From: Octopus vulgaris
Taxonomy: Eukaryota
NCBI GenBank assembly: GCA_951406725.2
Contig: OX597820.1
Location: 62,310,001 to 62,374,000, forward strand
DNA length: 64,000 nt
Reading direction: 5' to 3'
Shown piece after piece: positions 16,353 to 28,479 of this stretch. The notes under the pieces are model-generated. The model did not search any database, was not told the origin of the DNA, and saw only the letters and a list, made by a program, of their open reading frames with translations. Each line of letters opens with the position of its first letter. Position 1 is the stretch's first letter. The translations under genes and the position numbers were made by a program.

Positions 16353-16649
16353 GCTATATATATATATATATGTATGTATATATATATATACATATAAGTT
16401 TAAATGTTTGTGAATGTTTGCATGTGTGCCCACAGATATATCTCTGTGTGTATCTGTACACAACTTTTTATTTTTTTCTGATTCTTAGTTTATAATTGAT
16501 ATACAGATAGTGTACTTATCTTTCCAGTATTCCGTAAGTAAATGCCCTGAGCAGTTTTTATACAAACAACCTAATAAGTAAACAAATAATTATATGAATG
16601 AATATTAAACTGATTCTATATAATCTCCCCTTTTTAATGTTGAAAATTG

Positions 16650-16692
<43 letters not shown>

Positions 16693-17471
16693 TTTTATCT
16701 ATTTTGGTTATGATATCATTTTTGATAATCTTAAATTTAATCTTAAATTGGTAATCTTTAATTTAATCTTTCTACAACATAATATTGTTTATAAACAATC
16801 ACCCATAGTACCCTACGCTAAAATGTTCCCTGTATTAACATCATAGGTTTTATTAGCGCCTTGCCCCTTTAACTGGTTAATAAAATCTTCATTCGGTTCT
16901 TCCCATACAAGACTACTTTATAGATAGTCATTTTATACTATTCCTAAAATACCTAGCTATGAGTTGTCAACGTACTCCTGCCCTTCATTCTAAAAAGACA
17001 CAGTTCTCTAGTCTTAGATTTAGTAGTTGATAAAAAGACTAATAAATTAAAAATGAACCACAATCCTTTACAAGCTATGACCCCAACAAACTTCATACAT
17101 TTCTTGGAAGTGTAGTATATTCGTAACTACACTAACGACAACATGGATTTCCTCTATCTTCTTGCTCTATTAAAGTATTTCAGTAAAATTATATTAATGC
17201 GTTCGACTGATTAATTTTCTATTTATTTATTTGTGCAGCTGAGGATAGCCCTGCATTTAAATTAATGTAAGGATTGCATTGCTCAATTAAATGGAGCTGC
17301 TTGAAATGGTCGTACTGCATCACTTTTTGATATCCTGCTGCTTATTTTGATTTTATGCACACACACGCGCACACACATGTATATTTATACATATATACAT
17401 ACATATATATATATATATATGTATATATATATTTATATATATATATGTATATATATATGTATATATATATG

Positions 17472-17544
<73 letters not shown>

Positions 17545-18532
17545 GTATGTACATATATGTGTCTCTATGTGTTGGTATTTGTGTGTATGGACATACACAC
17601 TCGCATGCATGCTTACATAGCCACATAGGCATGCATTCATATTATCTCGCGAGTGAAGGCCATGGTTCTTTGTTTATATCATTAATGATAACCTGTCTTG
17701 CTTCAAAAGATTCAGTTATATGAATCAGTTAAAAATTGATAATCTATTTAGCTTTTCCATTATGGTATTTGGGATTTAAGTCTAGTTCCTACACTTTGAA
17801 TTTTCACCGACGTTTGGAGATAAAATTAAAAACCTTCAACTGTAAACGACATACATAATCGCATAATACAATAACACATCCTTTGACATCTTACATGACC
17901 AAATGTTCGTGTCTAACGTCTAGACAACTAATACATTACAATTCATCAACTCATTATTTTGCTGACAAAGTCTGTAAATCATATTAAACTTATAGATATT
18001 TCTTTTCGTTGATTACGAACGAATGCTCCAGTTTGTAGCTAATGAAATTGTTGACAGACAGAGTGTGCGTGTGTGCTCTTGAAAGGAAACATGCATACGC
18101 GCGCGAGCGTGAAACTGTGAAGTAATTTCTGGGGAAATAAATGCACACACAAACACAAATATATATAAAGATATACATATATGTATATAGAAATACATAT
18201 GTATATATAACGTATAACTATTTCTATCTATCTATCTATCTACCATTCAATCAAACAACCTATCTGTCTATCTATCTATATATATATCTATCTATCTATC
18301 TATCTATCATCTGTCTGACGGATGTGATGTCGTTTCAGCTCCGAAGGTAACCATTTATTTTGACTATTTAAAAGTGTATATTGACAAACATTTTGTGCTT
18401 AAAAGTTGTGTAACAACATCCACTGTAAACCTTTGATAAATATCGACACAAAATTTTGCCCCTTGTGGGCAAAATTTAAAAGAAAAAATTCTCATAGCCT
18501 TCGTGGTTTCATTTAGCCATTTTATTTCCAAA

Positions 18533-20320
18533 ATGGCCACTGGCCACCACGAGGCTGAGTTGCAAGTCAAGCGTGACGCTGAAACAGAAAAACAGGATGC
18601 TCTGTTAGCATACGCCGAACCTGACAACTCCACCACCATCAACAGCAACAAATACAAAACAAAGGTCGCAAGGCCAAGCACCGTCAACACCATCAGTGAG
18701 TCCACCACCACCACCAATACCATGGCAGAATCTGCTACTAAAACTGCTATCCCTACTAAAGATATCGCCACCAATAACAACACCAACATCACCATCACCG
18801 CCACCAAAGACCGTGCCGTCAATGCTACTAATACTACCAACACCACCGCCGTCACCAAGAACGACAATAACAACAACAACAACAACAACAACAACGACGA
18901 CAACAACAATTCCCTTCAACCACTGCTCACTCCATCACCAACAAGTGAAAAAATAACGACGACAAGCAAACGAAATGTCGAAATTTGCCCTAGTGCAGGA
19001 CTAAAGTACGCAGGCAATTTTCCACCCCTTCCTACTTGCACGATCGAACCAAACACACCAATTTTACAAACTGCAGCCAACAACAACATCACTACAAGCA
19101 ACAACAATAACAAAACAACAACAAATTTCGCTGAGGCGATTAAAGAAAAAAAAACAACAATATACTTTACGGCTCAACAAATACAGGACACGAACATCAA
19201 AATAACAGAATCAGAAGGTATAGTAAAAATAAACATACCAGAAGATATTTTGGAAAATGAAAAAAGACGAACAATCATTTATAAAATAGTTAACAAAAAA
19301 ACAAAAATCCCAGAGAAGGCCAACACAAGCAAAATAGAGAAGTGCTTGAAACCCATCTGGGATCACAAAGAATATGTAACCTGGTGGAACAAATTTGCCC
19401 ACATACAAGTTGTTTTCTACACCGAAGAGTTAGCTAGACATTTCTCAACGCTAACTCTTCACTCAGATGAACTCCAACTTACACCAAGCTATCGGGGACA
19501 GAAAGTGACTAAGATCACTCTAAACAATGTCCCCAAAATAGCCAATAGTCTATGGCTTGTAAAGGCCTTATGCGTAAAAATGGCGAATTATACTATTTTG
19601 GAAACCACAGTCACAGAGCATAAAAACTGGGTGGGAAAAAAAATAGAATTTCTTCTACATATACATCATGAAGATATAAAAAAAATACCCACCCAGATAT
19701 GTGTATCAGACGACCACAAGTTATATGTGGTCGTCGATGGCAGAAGACCACGTTGCTACATATGCGGCAGTGAGCAACACCTCAAAAAAGACTGCAAATC
19801 TGCCGCAAGAAAACAACAGCAACAACAACAGCAGCCGGAAACAAAAACAAATAAACAAGGTTTACTACCCACACCACTTTTTGCAGGAACAAACCTCACC
19901 AAACAAACAACCACACCAACTGCAGCACCAAGAACAGAAGCAGCATCACCAACAACAACAACTAAGAATATACCAACTCCCAAACCAAGGACATCTGCCA
20001 AAAAGACACCCAGCAAAAATGAAGAAACAATTACAACTCCAAATCCCCACAAAATTGAGACCCTAAACAACACAACAATACCCACAATCACTCAAACACA
20101 AAATACCCAAACCCCACATCCAAAACCGCATACACCACAACCAAACGCTCACCAACCAACACCAACAACAAAACCAACACAGTCGACAATAGACCCCAAT
20201 ACTTTCCCTCTTCCAGACTCCAATTCGTCTGATCTGTCATTAGACGAAGAAGACACGGAAGATTGGCAAATAGCCACAGGGGAGAGAAGAAAAAGGGGAA
20301 AAAAAGAAAAGAAAAAATAA
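18533..20320 (+). CDS. LINE ORF1, gag-like nucleic-acid-binding protein with CCHC zinc knuckle
   Basis: First ATG at 18533. CYICGSEQHLKKDC = CX2CX4HX4C, preceded by a globular region and flanked by Thr/Asn/Pro-rich low-complexity segments. Confidence 0.85.
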   Translation: MATGHHEAELQVKRDAETEKQDALLAYAEPDNSTTINSNKYKTKVARPSTVNTISESTTTTNTMAESATKTAIPTKDIATNNNTNITITATKDRAVNATNTTNTTAVTKNDNNNNNNNNNNDDNNNSLQPLLTPSPTSEKITTTSKRNVEICPSAGLKYAGNFPPLPTCTIEPNTPILQTAANNNITTSNNNNKTTTNFAEAIKEKKTTIYFTAQQIQDTNIKITESEGIVKINIPEDILENEKRRTIIYKIVNKKTKIPEKANTSKIEKCLKPIWDHKEYVTWWNKFAHIQVVFYTEELARHFSTLTLHSDELQLTPSYRGQKVTKITLNNVPKIANSLWLVKALCVKMANYTILETTVTEHKNWVGKKIEFLLHIHHEDIKKIPTQICVSDDHKLYVVVDGRRPRCYICGSEQHLKKDCKSAARKQQQQQQQPETKTNKQGLLPTPLFAGTNLTKQTTTPTAAPRTEAASPTTTTKNIPTPKPRTSAKKTPSKNEETITTPNPHKIETLNNTTIPTITQTQNTQTPHPKPHTPQPNAHQPTPTTKPTQSTIDPNTFPLPDSNSSDLSLDEEDTEDWQIATGERRKRGKKEKKK

Positions 20321-20697
20321 CAAACAAAGCGGGAAGATACACCACTCCCGAAACAAAAACATCCACAGAAAACACACACATCAACACAAACACACCATCA
20401 TCAAACCCCCCAAAAATGCTGACAGCCATTAACACAAACAACCACGACCTAATGGAACACATTAGGTCAAACACTAACATTACTGAAAACGACATAAAAA
20501 CAAGTAACCACCCATACACAACACCACCACAACACATTAAAATAATACACGTGACACAGAACACATACAGCACCCTGAAATCTCTTTACCCTGATGCAGT
20601 AGGGAGATTTCAAAAGTACTCATCGAAAAAACTGTATAAAAGCCTCATAGAAGAAGACCGTGAGGTGAAAGACAAAGAACTTTCGAAAAACAAGTAA
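20263..20697 (+). CDS. Probable frameshifted C-terminal continuation of ORF1
   Basis: Overlaps the ORF1 end across an A-rich run (20290-20320), has the same T/N/P/K composition, and stops 42 nt before the ORF2 ATG. Confidence 0.5.
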   Translation: MANSHRGEKKKGKKRKEKITNKAGRYTTPETKTSTENTHINTNTPSSNPPKMLTAINTNNHDLMEHIRSNTNITENDIKTSNHPYTTPPQHIKIIHVTQNTYSTLKSLYPDAVGRFQKYSSKKLYKSLIEEDREVKDKELSKNK

Positions 20698-20739
20698 CCT
20701 TTTCTCTCTCCTTTTCCTTTTTTGCACTTTTATCGGAAC

Positions 20740-23700
20740 ATGCTCAGAATAGGTAGTATAAATGTACGTGGCTTGGGGTCGCCTTGGAAACAAGGCTACC
20801 TGTTAAATGACATCAAGTCACTAAATCTGAATATCATAGCCATCAGTGAGACCAGACTCCACAGCTTGCGGGCACTCCAGCACATTTTCGGTACACACTT
20901 CAACATTTATTTTTCTCCGTGTCTACCGAGAATGGGCGGAGGTGGCACCGCGGTGCTTATCCGGAAGAGTCTGGATCTCAAAGTAAGAGCAAATTTCCTA
21001 GACCCGGAGGGTAGGCTGGTCGTTTTGGATGTCGATGGCAGCAATGAGTGTGCTTTTCGACTGATAGCAGTTTATGCTCCGTCCTTAACAGGCCGACCAG
21101 ATTTCTTTCGACGTCTAGAGTCTTTCATGGGAACGTCTCGTCCTTTACTTTTAGTGGGGGATTGGAATGCCACCCTGGACACGCATCTAGACTACGTGGG
21201 CAGAGATAGCAATAGAAGGGGATGCAAATGCCTCAAAGACCTGCTCAGACGTTTCCAACTGTCTGACAGGTACCGACTGGACCACCCGAATGTGCCAATG
21301 TGGACATGGAGTAACCGCATCGGGTCGTCCAGATCATACTTAGATAGAGTATTCTGTAGGACAATAGATAAAAATAGTGTAGGTTGTCCACAATTTCATA
21401 TAGTCAGTTACACAGATCACAAGTTTGTGACTTGTACACTTGACTTAGATAAGACACATAGGCAGGGTCCTGGTTACTGGAAACTGAACGCGTCTTTTAC
21501 AGCACGACAGGTTTACAGGGACCGGATCAGCACATTAGTTAAGAGAGCTTTGACGGGTACCATCATCAACAACAGATGGTGGTATGCCCTAAAAAAAGCG
21601 ATTAAAGCAGAATCAGTCAGATACAGTAGAGCCCTAGCATTAGACCGAAATAGAATAGAGGGAGATTTAGTTAAGGTTTTAGAAGAGGCACTTAGAACTG
21701 GCATCGCGTCCAACGTACTGGCGGCGAGATTGGCCCTCGACCAACACCTCAACGCCAAACACGAGGGATGCGTTGTCAGAGCTAGGATGCGTGCTCTGAG
21801 GAACGAAGGAGTTGGAGCCGCCCAAGAGGCCCGAGTGGTGGAGACGCAACGAGGCAACAGAGCCACCATCAAGTCTCTTATAGATGAACAGGGGCGCGAA
21901 TTGCTCGAGCCTAAAAGGATGTGTGGGGTTTTTCAACAACACTTCACCCAACTGTTTGGGACAAGTGGTGAGTCAGAAAGCAGAGTGGACTTTAGTGCCT
22001 ACCTGCATGCCTTGCCACGACTCTCAGCAAGGGAGGTGGAGTCTTGTGAAAAGCCTATCACAGCTGCGGACGTACAGGATGCGATGGTAGGCTGCGCGAG
22101 AGACAAGTCACCAGGCTTGGATGGTCTGCCCTACGAATTTTATTTTCATATGCCAGACTTGTTTGGAGGCGTCTTGGCAGCTGTCTACTGCAACTGGCAG
22201 CAGAACGGGAGTATTCCTGCTTTTGTAAAGCGAGGAGCAGTGGCACTGATCAAGAAAGACCCAAACAAGGGGGACGTCATAGATAATTTCAGGCCCATCA
22301 CTCTGCTCAACGCAGATTTGAAAATTTTGGCCAAGGTGTTAGCCGAGAGGTTGGCGCTTGTCATCAAGAAACTAATCGACAAGGCGCAAACATGCGCCGT
22401 GCCGGGTAGAAGTATTCATGACAACCTCCATCTGATGCGCTACATCATAGACAGGGTAGTTAAAAATCCTGGCATGGGTGGGGCGCTGATCAATTTGGAT
22501 CAATCAAAAGCCTTCGATAGGGTAGACCATCACTACTTGGAGGCTGTCCTCAAAGCGGCTGGTTTCGGTCCAGTTTTCCGCGGTTGGATCGCTGCCTTAT
22601 ACAGCGGCATCCGCTCAGTAGTTCGCGTAAATGGTCATCTATCCAGACCTTTTAACATCATGCGTTCGGTTCGTCAGGGATGCCCCCTCTCATCGCTGCT
22701 GTATGTACTGACTCTTGAGCCACTACTGCGGAAACTGGCGACGCTGAGGGGCATCCCACGAGAGCTGGGATGCGGGAAGAGCGTGTCTGCATACGCGGAT
22801 GACGTCACCGTCATAGTGTCGAGCTACGAGCACATCGAGCTGGTCGGCGAGACACTGAAAGAATACGAAGCGGTAACGGGAGCAAAAATTAACCGGGAAA
22901 AGTCAGTGGGCTTGCGGCTCGGCACCTGGAGAAGCAAGCCCATGCCGTCCAACAGCGTCTCCATCGTGGGACGCTGGACGGACGGACCGGTTAAATTGCT
23001 CGGGGTCTGGTTCGGTCCGGACCTCCAAATGGAGAAGAACTGGGGCGAGATAACGACTAGGGTGGCTACTCTCACCCAGAAATGGACTGAGAGAAAGCTA
23101 TCCCTAAAAGGTCGGGCGGAGGTGGCGAACGCGTACATCGCATCCGTCATCGAGTATCGTCTAACCGTCGTGCCTTGTCCCGACCCTACCATCACCAAAC
23201 TGGAACGCATACTCTTCCGCTTCTTGTGGAAGGGAAACGTTCCGATGGTTAGGCGATCCATTTGCTGCCAACACCCGCTAAATGGAGGGCTGGGCATGCC
23301 GTGGTTGATGATGCGCAGACATGCGCTGAGACTGCGACATCTCCGGCGCTTCATAGACAACGGTGAACAGGGGTGGTCGCCTTTTGTGCGGCGCGCTTTC
23401 CCGCAGCTCGTCTCCTTGGACGAACTACAGTCATGGATCAAGCAGAGACCGAGGCTAGGCGAATGGCACCGCGAGTGTCGCGTTGCTCTCAAGCAACTCT
23501 GCCGTCCGGGATCGAACTTGTGCGACTCCATCACAACAAAGGCATTCTATAGAGGATTAGTGGAGGGGAGGTGCGACGACGAACTCGGGCAGAGTCTGGG
23601 CGTCGACGAGGAACACCTGACCCGCCTGTTCAGGACAACTTTCGGGCCGGGACCTATGAACAATCACCAAAGATCCCTGGCCTGGCAGTGCTATCGAGAA

Positions 23701-24177
23701 GCATTACCTGTTCGGGATAAGCTCTACAGACACGGTTCCAGACACACTGGACCGACTTGCCCGAGATGCGGTCAGAGCGACGAAACCGTTCTGCACGCAC
23801 TCGTGCAATGTCCAACCATTTCCGACTTGTGGGCTTATGCCGAACGGCTGCTGTCACGTGTGGGACGAATCCGCCTATCGGCCGAGTCTATCGTGAGAAT
23901 TGCTCCGCCCCCTTCCCTCAACCGGGAAGGCAAGGCAGTTTTCATCGTACTGGTGGCCATGGTGAAAGAATGTGTGTGGTGGACTCGAGCGAAAGGATTA
24001 GAGACAAACACCTACCTCTCTGGCCAATCGCTCATCAACTTTTTCAAGTACCACTTGAAAAGGAAGGTGAGAATGGAGAGGGAAGTTTTGTCTCGCGAAA
24101 GATTCAAAAAAAGATGGGTGAATGTTGCAAAGATGGTGCGTGCTAGTAACGAAACCATTTTGAGCATGATCCTGTAG
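20740..24177 (+). CDS. LINE ORF2: APE endonuclease, reverse transcriptase and C-terminal zinc finger
   Basis: Uninterrupted 1145 aa from ATG 20740. APE motifs NVRGL, SETRL, GDWN, YLDRV, TDHK. RT motifs RPITLLN, LDQSKAFDRV, RQGCPLS, YADD. C-terminal CPRC-x8-H-x4-C. GPGYWKLN and KSPGLDGLPYEFY are typical of L1/Tx1. Confidence 0.95.
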   Translation: MLRIGSINVRGLGSPWKQGYLLNDIKSLNLNIIAISETRLHSLRALQHIFGTHFNIYFSPCLPRMGGGGTAVLIRKSLDLKVRANFLDPEGRLVVLDVDGSNECAFRLIAVYAPSLTGRPDFFRRLESFMGTSRPLLLVGDWNATLDTHLDYVGRDSNRRGCKCLKDLLRRFQLSDRYRLDHPNVPMWTWSNRIGSSRSYLDRVFCRTIDKNSVGCPQFHIVSYTDHKFVTCTLDLDKTHRQGPGYWKLNASFTARQVYRDRISTLVKRALTGTIINNRWWYALKKAIKAESVRYSRALALDRNRIEGDLVKVLEEALRTGIASNVLAARLALDQHLNAKHEGCVVRARMRALRNEGVGAAQEARVVETQRGNRATIKSLIDEQGRELLEPKRMCGVFQQHFTQLFGTSGESESRVDFSAYLHALPRLSAREVESCEKPITAADVQDAMVGCARDKSPGLDGLPYEFYFHMPDLFGGVLAAVYCNWQQNGSIPAFVKRGAVALIKKDPNKGDVIDNFRPITLLNADLKILAKVLAERLALVIKKLIDKAQTCAVPGRSIHDNLHLMRYIIDRVVKNPGMGGALINLDQSKAFDRVDHHYLEAVLKAAGFGPVFRGWIAALYSGIRSVVRVNGHLSRPFNIMRSVRQGCPLSSLLYVLTLEPLLRKLATLRGIPRELGCGKSVSAYADDVTVIVSSYEHIELVGETLKEYEAVTGAKINREKSVGLRLGTWRSKPMPSNSVSIVGRWTDGPVKLLGVWFGPDLQMEKNWGEITTRVATLTQKWTERKLSLKGRAEVANAYIASVIEYRLTVVPCPDPTITKLERILFRFLWKGNVPMVRRSICCQHPLNGGLGMPWLMMRRHALRLRHLRRFIDNGEQGWSPFVRRAFPQLVSLDELQSWIKQRPRLGEWHRECRVALKQLCRPGSNLCDSITTKAFYRGLVEGRCDDELGQSLGVDEEHLTRLFRTTFGPGPMNNHQRSLAWQCYREALPVRDKLYRHGSRHTGPTCPRCGQSDETVLHALVQCPTISDLWAYAERLLSRVGRIRLSAESIVRIAPPPSLNREGKAVFIVLVAMVKECVWWTRAKGLETNTYLSGQSLINFFKYHLKRKVRMEREVLSRERFKKRWVNVAKMVRASNETILSMIL

Positions 24178-24479
24178 ATCGTAAAAAAGAAAGAAAGAGA
24201 GCATTTTTGACCTCATGTGTTTATTTCCTCCCTGACTGGGGTTCCCGTGGTCTTTTCTGTAGGCTTTTCTTCCCACGGATGAACCCAATCTTGTTATATC
24301 AATGTTTACACCATTATTTCTGTGATACACGATTTTCCTTTTTTTCCTTTTTTTTCCTCCTCTCGATCCCTTTTGATCGCAATCTTACATTTTTTATTTT
24401 TTTCCACCCTCGAAAAGAAAAGCTCTGCATTTGTATTTGTCCCCTCTGTATTCAGCCCTGTGTGGCTAATAAAAGAAAG

Positions 24480-24537
<58 letters not shown>

Positions 24538-24597
24538 GTCTATCTATCTATCTATCTATCTCTATCTATTTGTCTGTCTATCTACTATCTATCTATC

Positions 24598-24627
24598 TTT
24601 CCGTCCTGTGTGGTTAATAAAGAAAGT
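24598..24627 (+). mobile_element. Extreme 3' fragment of the Tx1 family
   Basis: CCTGTGTGGTTAATAAAGAAAGT followed by TATCC matches the LINE terminus. Confidence 0.7.
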
Positions 24628-24712
24628 TATCCATCCATCCATCTATTCATCTATCTATCTATTCATCCATCCATCCATCCATCCATTCATCCATCCATCC
24701 ATCCATCCATCC

Positions 24713-24784
<72 letters not shown>

Positions 24785-24787
<3 letters not shown>

Positions 24788-24943
24788 CTTTTTTTTTCTT
24801 TTTATTCTTTTTATTTTTTATTTTATTTATTTATTATTATTTTTTTTTCTTTTGTTTTTTGTTTTTTTCATCCCCCAAAAGAAAAGCTCTACCTTGTAAC
24901 TTGTCCCATCTGTGTGCAGCCCTGTGTGGCCAATAAAGAAACT
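24785..24943 (+). mobile_element. 5'-truncated Tx1 3' UTR copy
   Basis: AAAAGAAAAGCTCT...GTCCCATCTGTGTGCAGCCCTGTGTGGCCAATAAAGAAACT matches 24413-24480. Confidence 0.8.
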
Positions 24944-25005
24944 TATCCACACAATCAATCTCTCTATCCATCCATTTATCCATCCGTCCATCCGTCGATC
25001 TGTCC

Positions 25006-25094
<89 letters not shown>

Positions 25095-25117
25095 CTATCT
25101 ACCTATCTATTTATCTA

Positions 25118-25340
25118 CCTTTTCCGTAGGCTTTTTTTCCAAGGATAAACCTAATCTTGTTTCTTACTTTTTAAAAATTTCTTCTGTGATACACGATCCC
25201 TTTTGATCGCTTTTCTTTTTTCCCCAATCCCTTTTGATCGATTTTTACATTTGTTCCCTTTTTTCCATTTTCATAAAGAAAAGTTCTACATTTGTATTTG
25301 TCCCCTCTGTGTTCAGCCCTGTGTGGCCAATACATAAAGT
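25118..25340 (+). mobile_element. 5'-truncated Tx1 3' UTR copy
   Basis: Aligns to the LINE 3' UTR from ~24253 (TTTTCyGTAGGCTTTT, TCTGTGATACACGA, TTTGTATTTGTCCCCTCTGT) and ends at TATC. Confidence 0.85.
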
Positions 25341-25346
25341 TATCTT

Positions 25347-25427
<81 letters not shown>

Positions 25428-25838
25428 TTATCTATATATCTGCAAATATATATATTTGGATGCAAAGACACACAGTGAATATTAAAGAAATAGATAAAAA
25501 AAATGCTGTTGCCTATCTTACACTTGAATAAAAGATAGGATAAAAAGATTTCATAGTACGTAAACTATAGATTTGATAAAATAGAAAGACGAAACCATGA
25601 AAGGAGAATGATATATTGAAGGCAAAGTAAGAAAATACATATATATATAAATAAACGAAAGGAAATATATATATATATAAATTGACGAAAGATATACTGT
25701 TAAGTACGTCTGCCGACATGTCAAGGCTTTGGCACTCTTCTTCCGACAGACCATCGTCAAATGAAGCGTTCTGCTCAAGAAGAGAACGCGGCTGTGGATC
25801 CGGAAATCGAACATCCTAACATCTAGGCTACTTGTCTT

Positions 25839-25869
<31 letters not shown>

Positions 25870-25871
<2 letters not shown>

Positions 25872-27900
25872 CTTTAAATCTTTAAATTCTTTCTGTTTCA
25901 AAACTGCGGTCATGCTGGGGCATTATCGAATTTGGTGAATTAGGGAGCTTGATGCTGCTGTCCTTATCTGTGTTACCTGCAGTGAGGTAGGCTCATCTGG
26001 AACCCTTGACAGAAGGAGATCCAGTTTTGTTTTGAAGACACCTACATACACACCATGCAGGTCTCTCGGGAATTTTGGGTCCTTGAAACCCAAGCTGTTG
26101 CAGTATCTGGTCATGTATTTTGATAGAGATCCTGAAATATGTGGCACTAGGCAGTGGCAACCGCTCTGCCGTTTGTGAAACTTTCAATGCCAACCTTTGG
26201 TACAAGACATTCCAGGTCTTTCCCGACTTTGTTCTATGGAAAAGAATTTTAATTCTTTCAGTCCTTCCCAGTAGTTGATACGTTTTATTGAGACGAATTT
26301 CTTTGTGCAGCTTTATTGGATTGCTTCGAGTTCCGCATTTAATTTTATATTTTGTGGTGACCATAAATGGGAACAGTAGTCCAAGCGGCTGAGGAATTAT
26401 GCCCTCCAGAGGACCATCATTTTCGCCTCTTCTCTTGTTTTGAATGTTCGGAGGATCAATTGAGCTAACCGTCTGGATTTTATCATCAAATTAGTGATAC
26501 GCACTTGGAAAGGTGCATCATTGCTTATGTCAATGCCCAGGTCAAGCACTGATTTTAATTCAGGGTTTGCGATTCATCCTGGACCATCTGTCCTGACTGC
26601 ATGTCATTCAGATTTTTGTGCTGGTAGCGCAAGGCTTGGATTTTCTTGCATTAAACTGCATGTTGTTGTCCTCAGTCCACCTACATATTGCGCCCAACTT
26701 CCGTTGCAGATGTGCAATATTTCCAGGATTTTGTATTGTCTGAGAGACTTTTGTGTCATCTGCATAGCTGCCAAGAATGGCTGGCTATCTGGGCAGATGA
26801 AGGCTTGTCTGAGAATAGCAAAAGTCCTAAGACAGTGCCCAGTAGAATACCACTTGCTATTTGTTTTTCCTTTGAGGTGGCTCCATTGGCTACCACTACC
26901 TGATGTCTATCTTTTAGAAAGTCGTTCAACCACTTTCTAACACACCTACATGCATATCATGCAGGTCTCTCAGGTATTTTTGCCGAGATATGTCACAGTT
27001 TGTGACATATTATACCATTGTCAACTTTATGAAAGGCTTTTGCAAAGTCAATATGTATCACATCCGCACTTGAGTAATTTAGCAGCTGGTTTAACAATCA
27101 GTCGTAATGTTGAAAGAGCTGTATTAGGCAGCTTCTACCCGGTCGAAATCCATGCTGAGTGTCAGTCAGTAAATTATTTTCTTCAAGGAACGGGATTAGT
27201 TTCCTGCGGACTATTCGTTCCATGACTTTGCTGATGTGTGAGGTTAGAGAGATAGGCCTATAATGCTCTGTTTCGCATATTATTCCTTCCCTCGGTGTGT
27301 TTGGGAGTTTACTACTTGCAAGAAAGCTCTGAAAAAAAAGCTGCATTGGTTTGGCAAGGGTTCGTTTGCACGATTTGAGAAGGACTTATCCTCAGAGATC
27401 CTTAGGATAAATTTTCCTAATCAAAAGGCCTTTGCCTGTTTGTTTCCTTAGTGCTTTTAATTCATTATTAAAATTTGGCGATGTCTTTTGAAACGGCCGT
27501 AGAAATGGACACCGAACTACTTTTTTCTGGTTTTGTTTTATATCTTAATATTATGCAATTTTTATCTTTTCCAATCTTTTAGTCACCGTTTACATTCATT
27601 GATTTAATCCATGTTTTTTTTTGCATAATACTATTCGATCCGTACTGCTCTTGCAGGGTTTTATCACCTTTGTACGTTTATATATATATTTATTTTTATG
27701 ATTTAGGGTTTTATTGTTGAATGCCCAGGCGTATTTATGTCCGATAATGTGATAATATGGGAGTGTTATAGTGTTGCTTGACCATCTAAGACGCTTGTTT
27801 ATTATATCGTATTGAATTTAGTTCCTTTGTCCCGGTTTTACCCGAGCATCTCGTTTTGCAACCCGATGTTGATTTTTCGGTTTCTATCGGAAAAGCTAAC
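25870..27900 (-). mobile_element. Degenerate CR1/L2-type LINE, 3' portion
   Basis: YRPISLTSHISKVMERIV...QHGFRPGRSCL; C-terminal VFKTKLDLLLSRVPDEP; short-repeat tail (TTTAAAGA)2 at ~25871. Upper boundary approximate. Confidence 0.85.
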
Positions 27901-28003
27901 TTATAAAAATTATATATATATATATATATATATATTGATAAAACGGTAAGATAACAAAAGAAAGAAAGAGACCTCGATATTATGTAAATAGAGGAAATTT
28001 ATC

Positions 28004-28479
28004 TATACAATAATATGTTACATTACTCGGTAGTCAAGATAAAACTCTGAGTTTCAGATGCCGAAGTGGAAATCCACAACACCATCTCTTCGGTTATCTG
28101 GCTATTTGAAAACGCTATGAAAAAATACCGTTAAATAAAGGGAAATTACTGTGTTATAACTCTGCTTGCCTGCGTACTTATACATCGCTCGCATTTTTCG
28201 TCATAAAAATTATATAAAAATACATATATATATTTTTATATTTTTATATATTTTATATATTTTTTATGTATTTTTATATAATTTTTATGACGAAAAATGC
28301 GAGCGATGTATAAGTACGCAGGCAAGCAGAGTTATAACACAGTAATTTCCCTTTATTTAACGGTATTTTTTCATAGCGTTTCCAAATAGCCAGATAACCG
28401 AAGAGATGGTGTTGTGGATTTCCACTTCGGCATCTGAAACTCAGAGTTTTATCTTGACTACCGAGTAATGTAACATATT

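Larger units (their letters stand above)
18310..24480 (+). mobile_element. Near full-length Tx1/L1-clade non-LTR retrotransposon in a (TATC)n microsatellite
   Basis: Two-ORF layout. TATC repeats lie on both sides (18224-18308 and from 24481). The 3' UTR ends AATAAAAGAAAGT directly at the TATC array. Confidence 0.92.

Noticed and set aside
21513-24330. Antisense and alternate-frame ORFs inside LINE ORF2 (e.g. 236 aa at 22824-23534)
   Set aside because: Shadow frames of a GC-richer coding sequence with no motifs.
24481-25435. CRISPR-like repeat/spacer pattern
   Set aside because: Eukaryotic context; the units are LINE 3' ends separated by microsatellite, of irregular length, with no cas genes.
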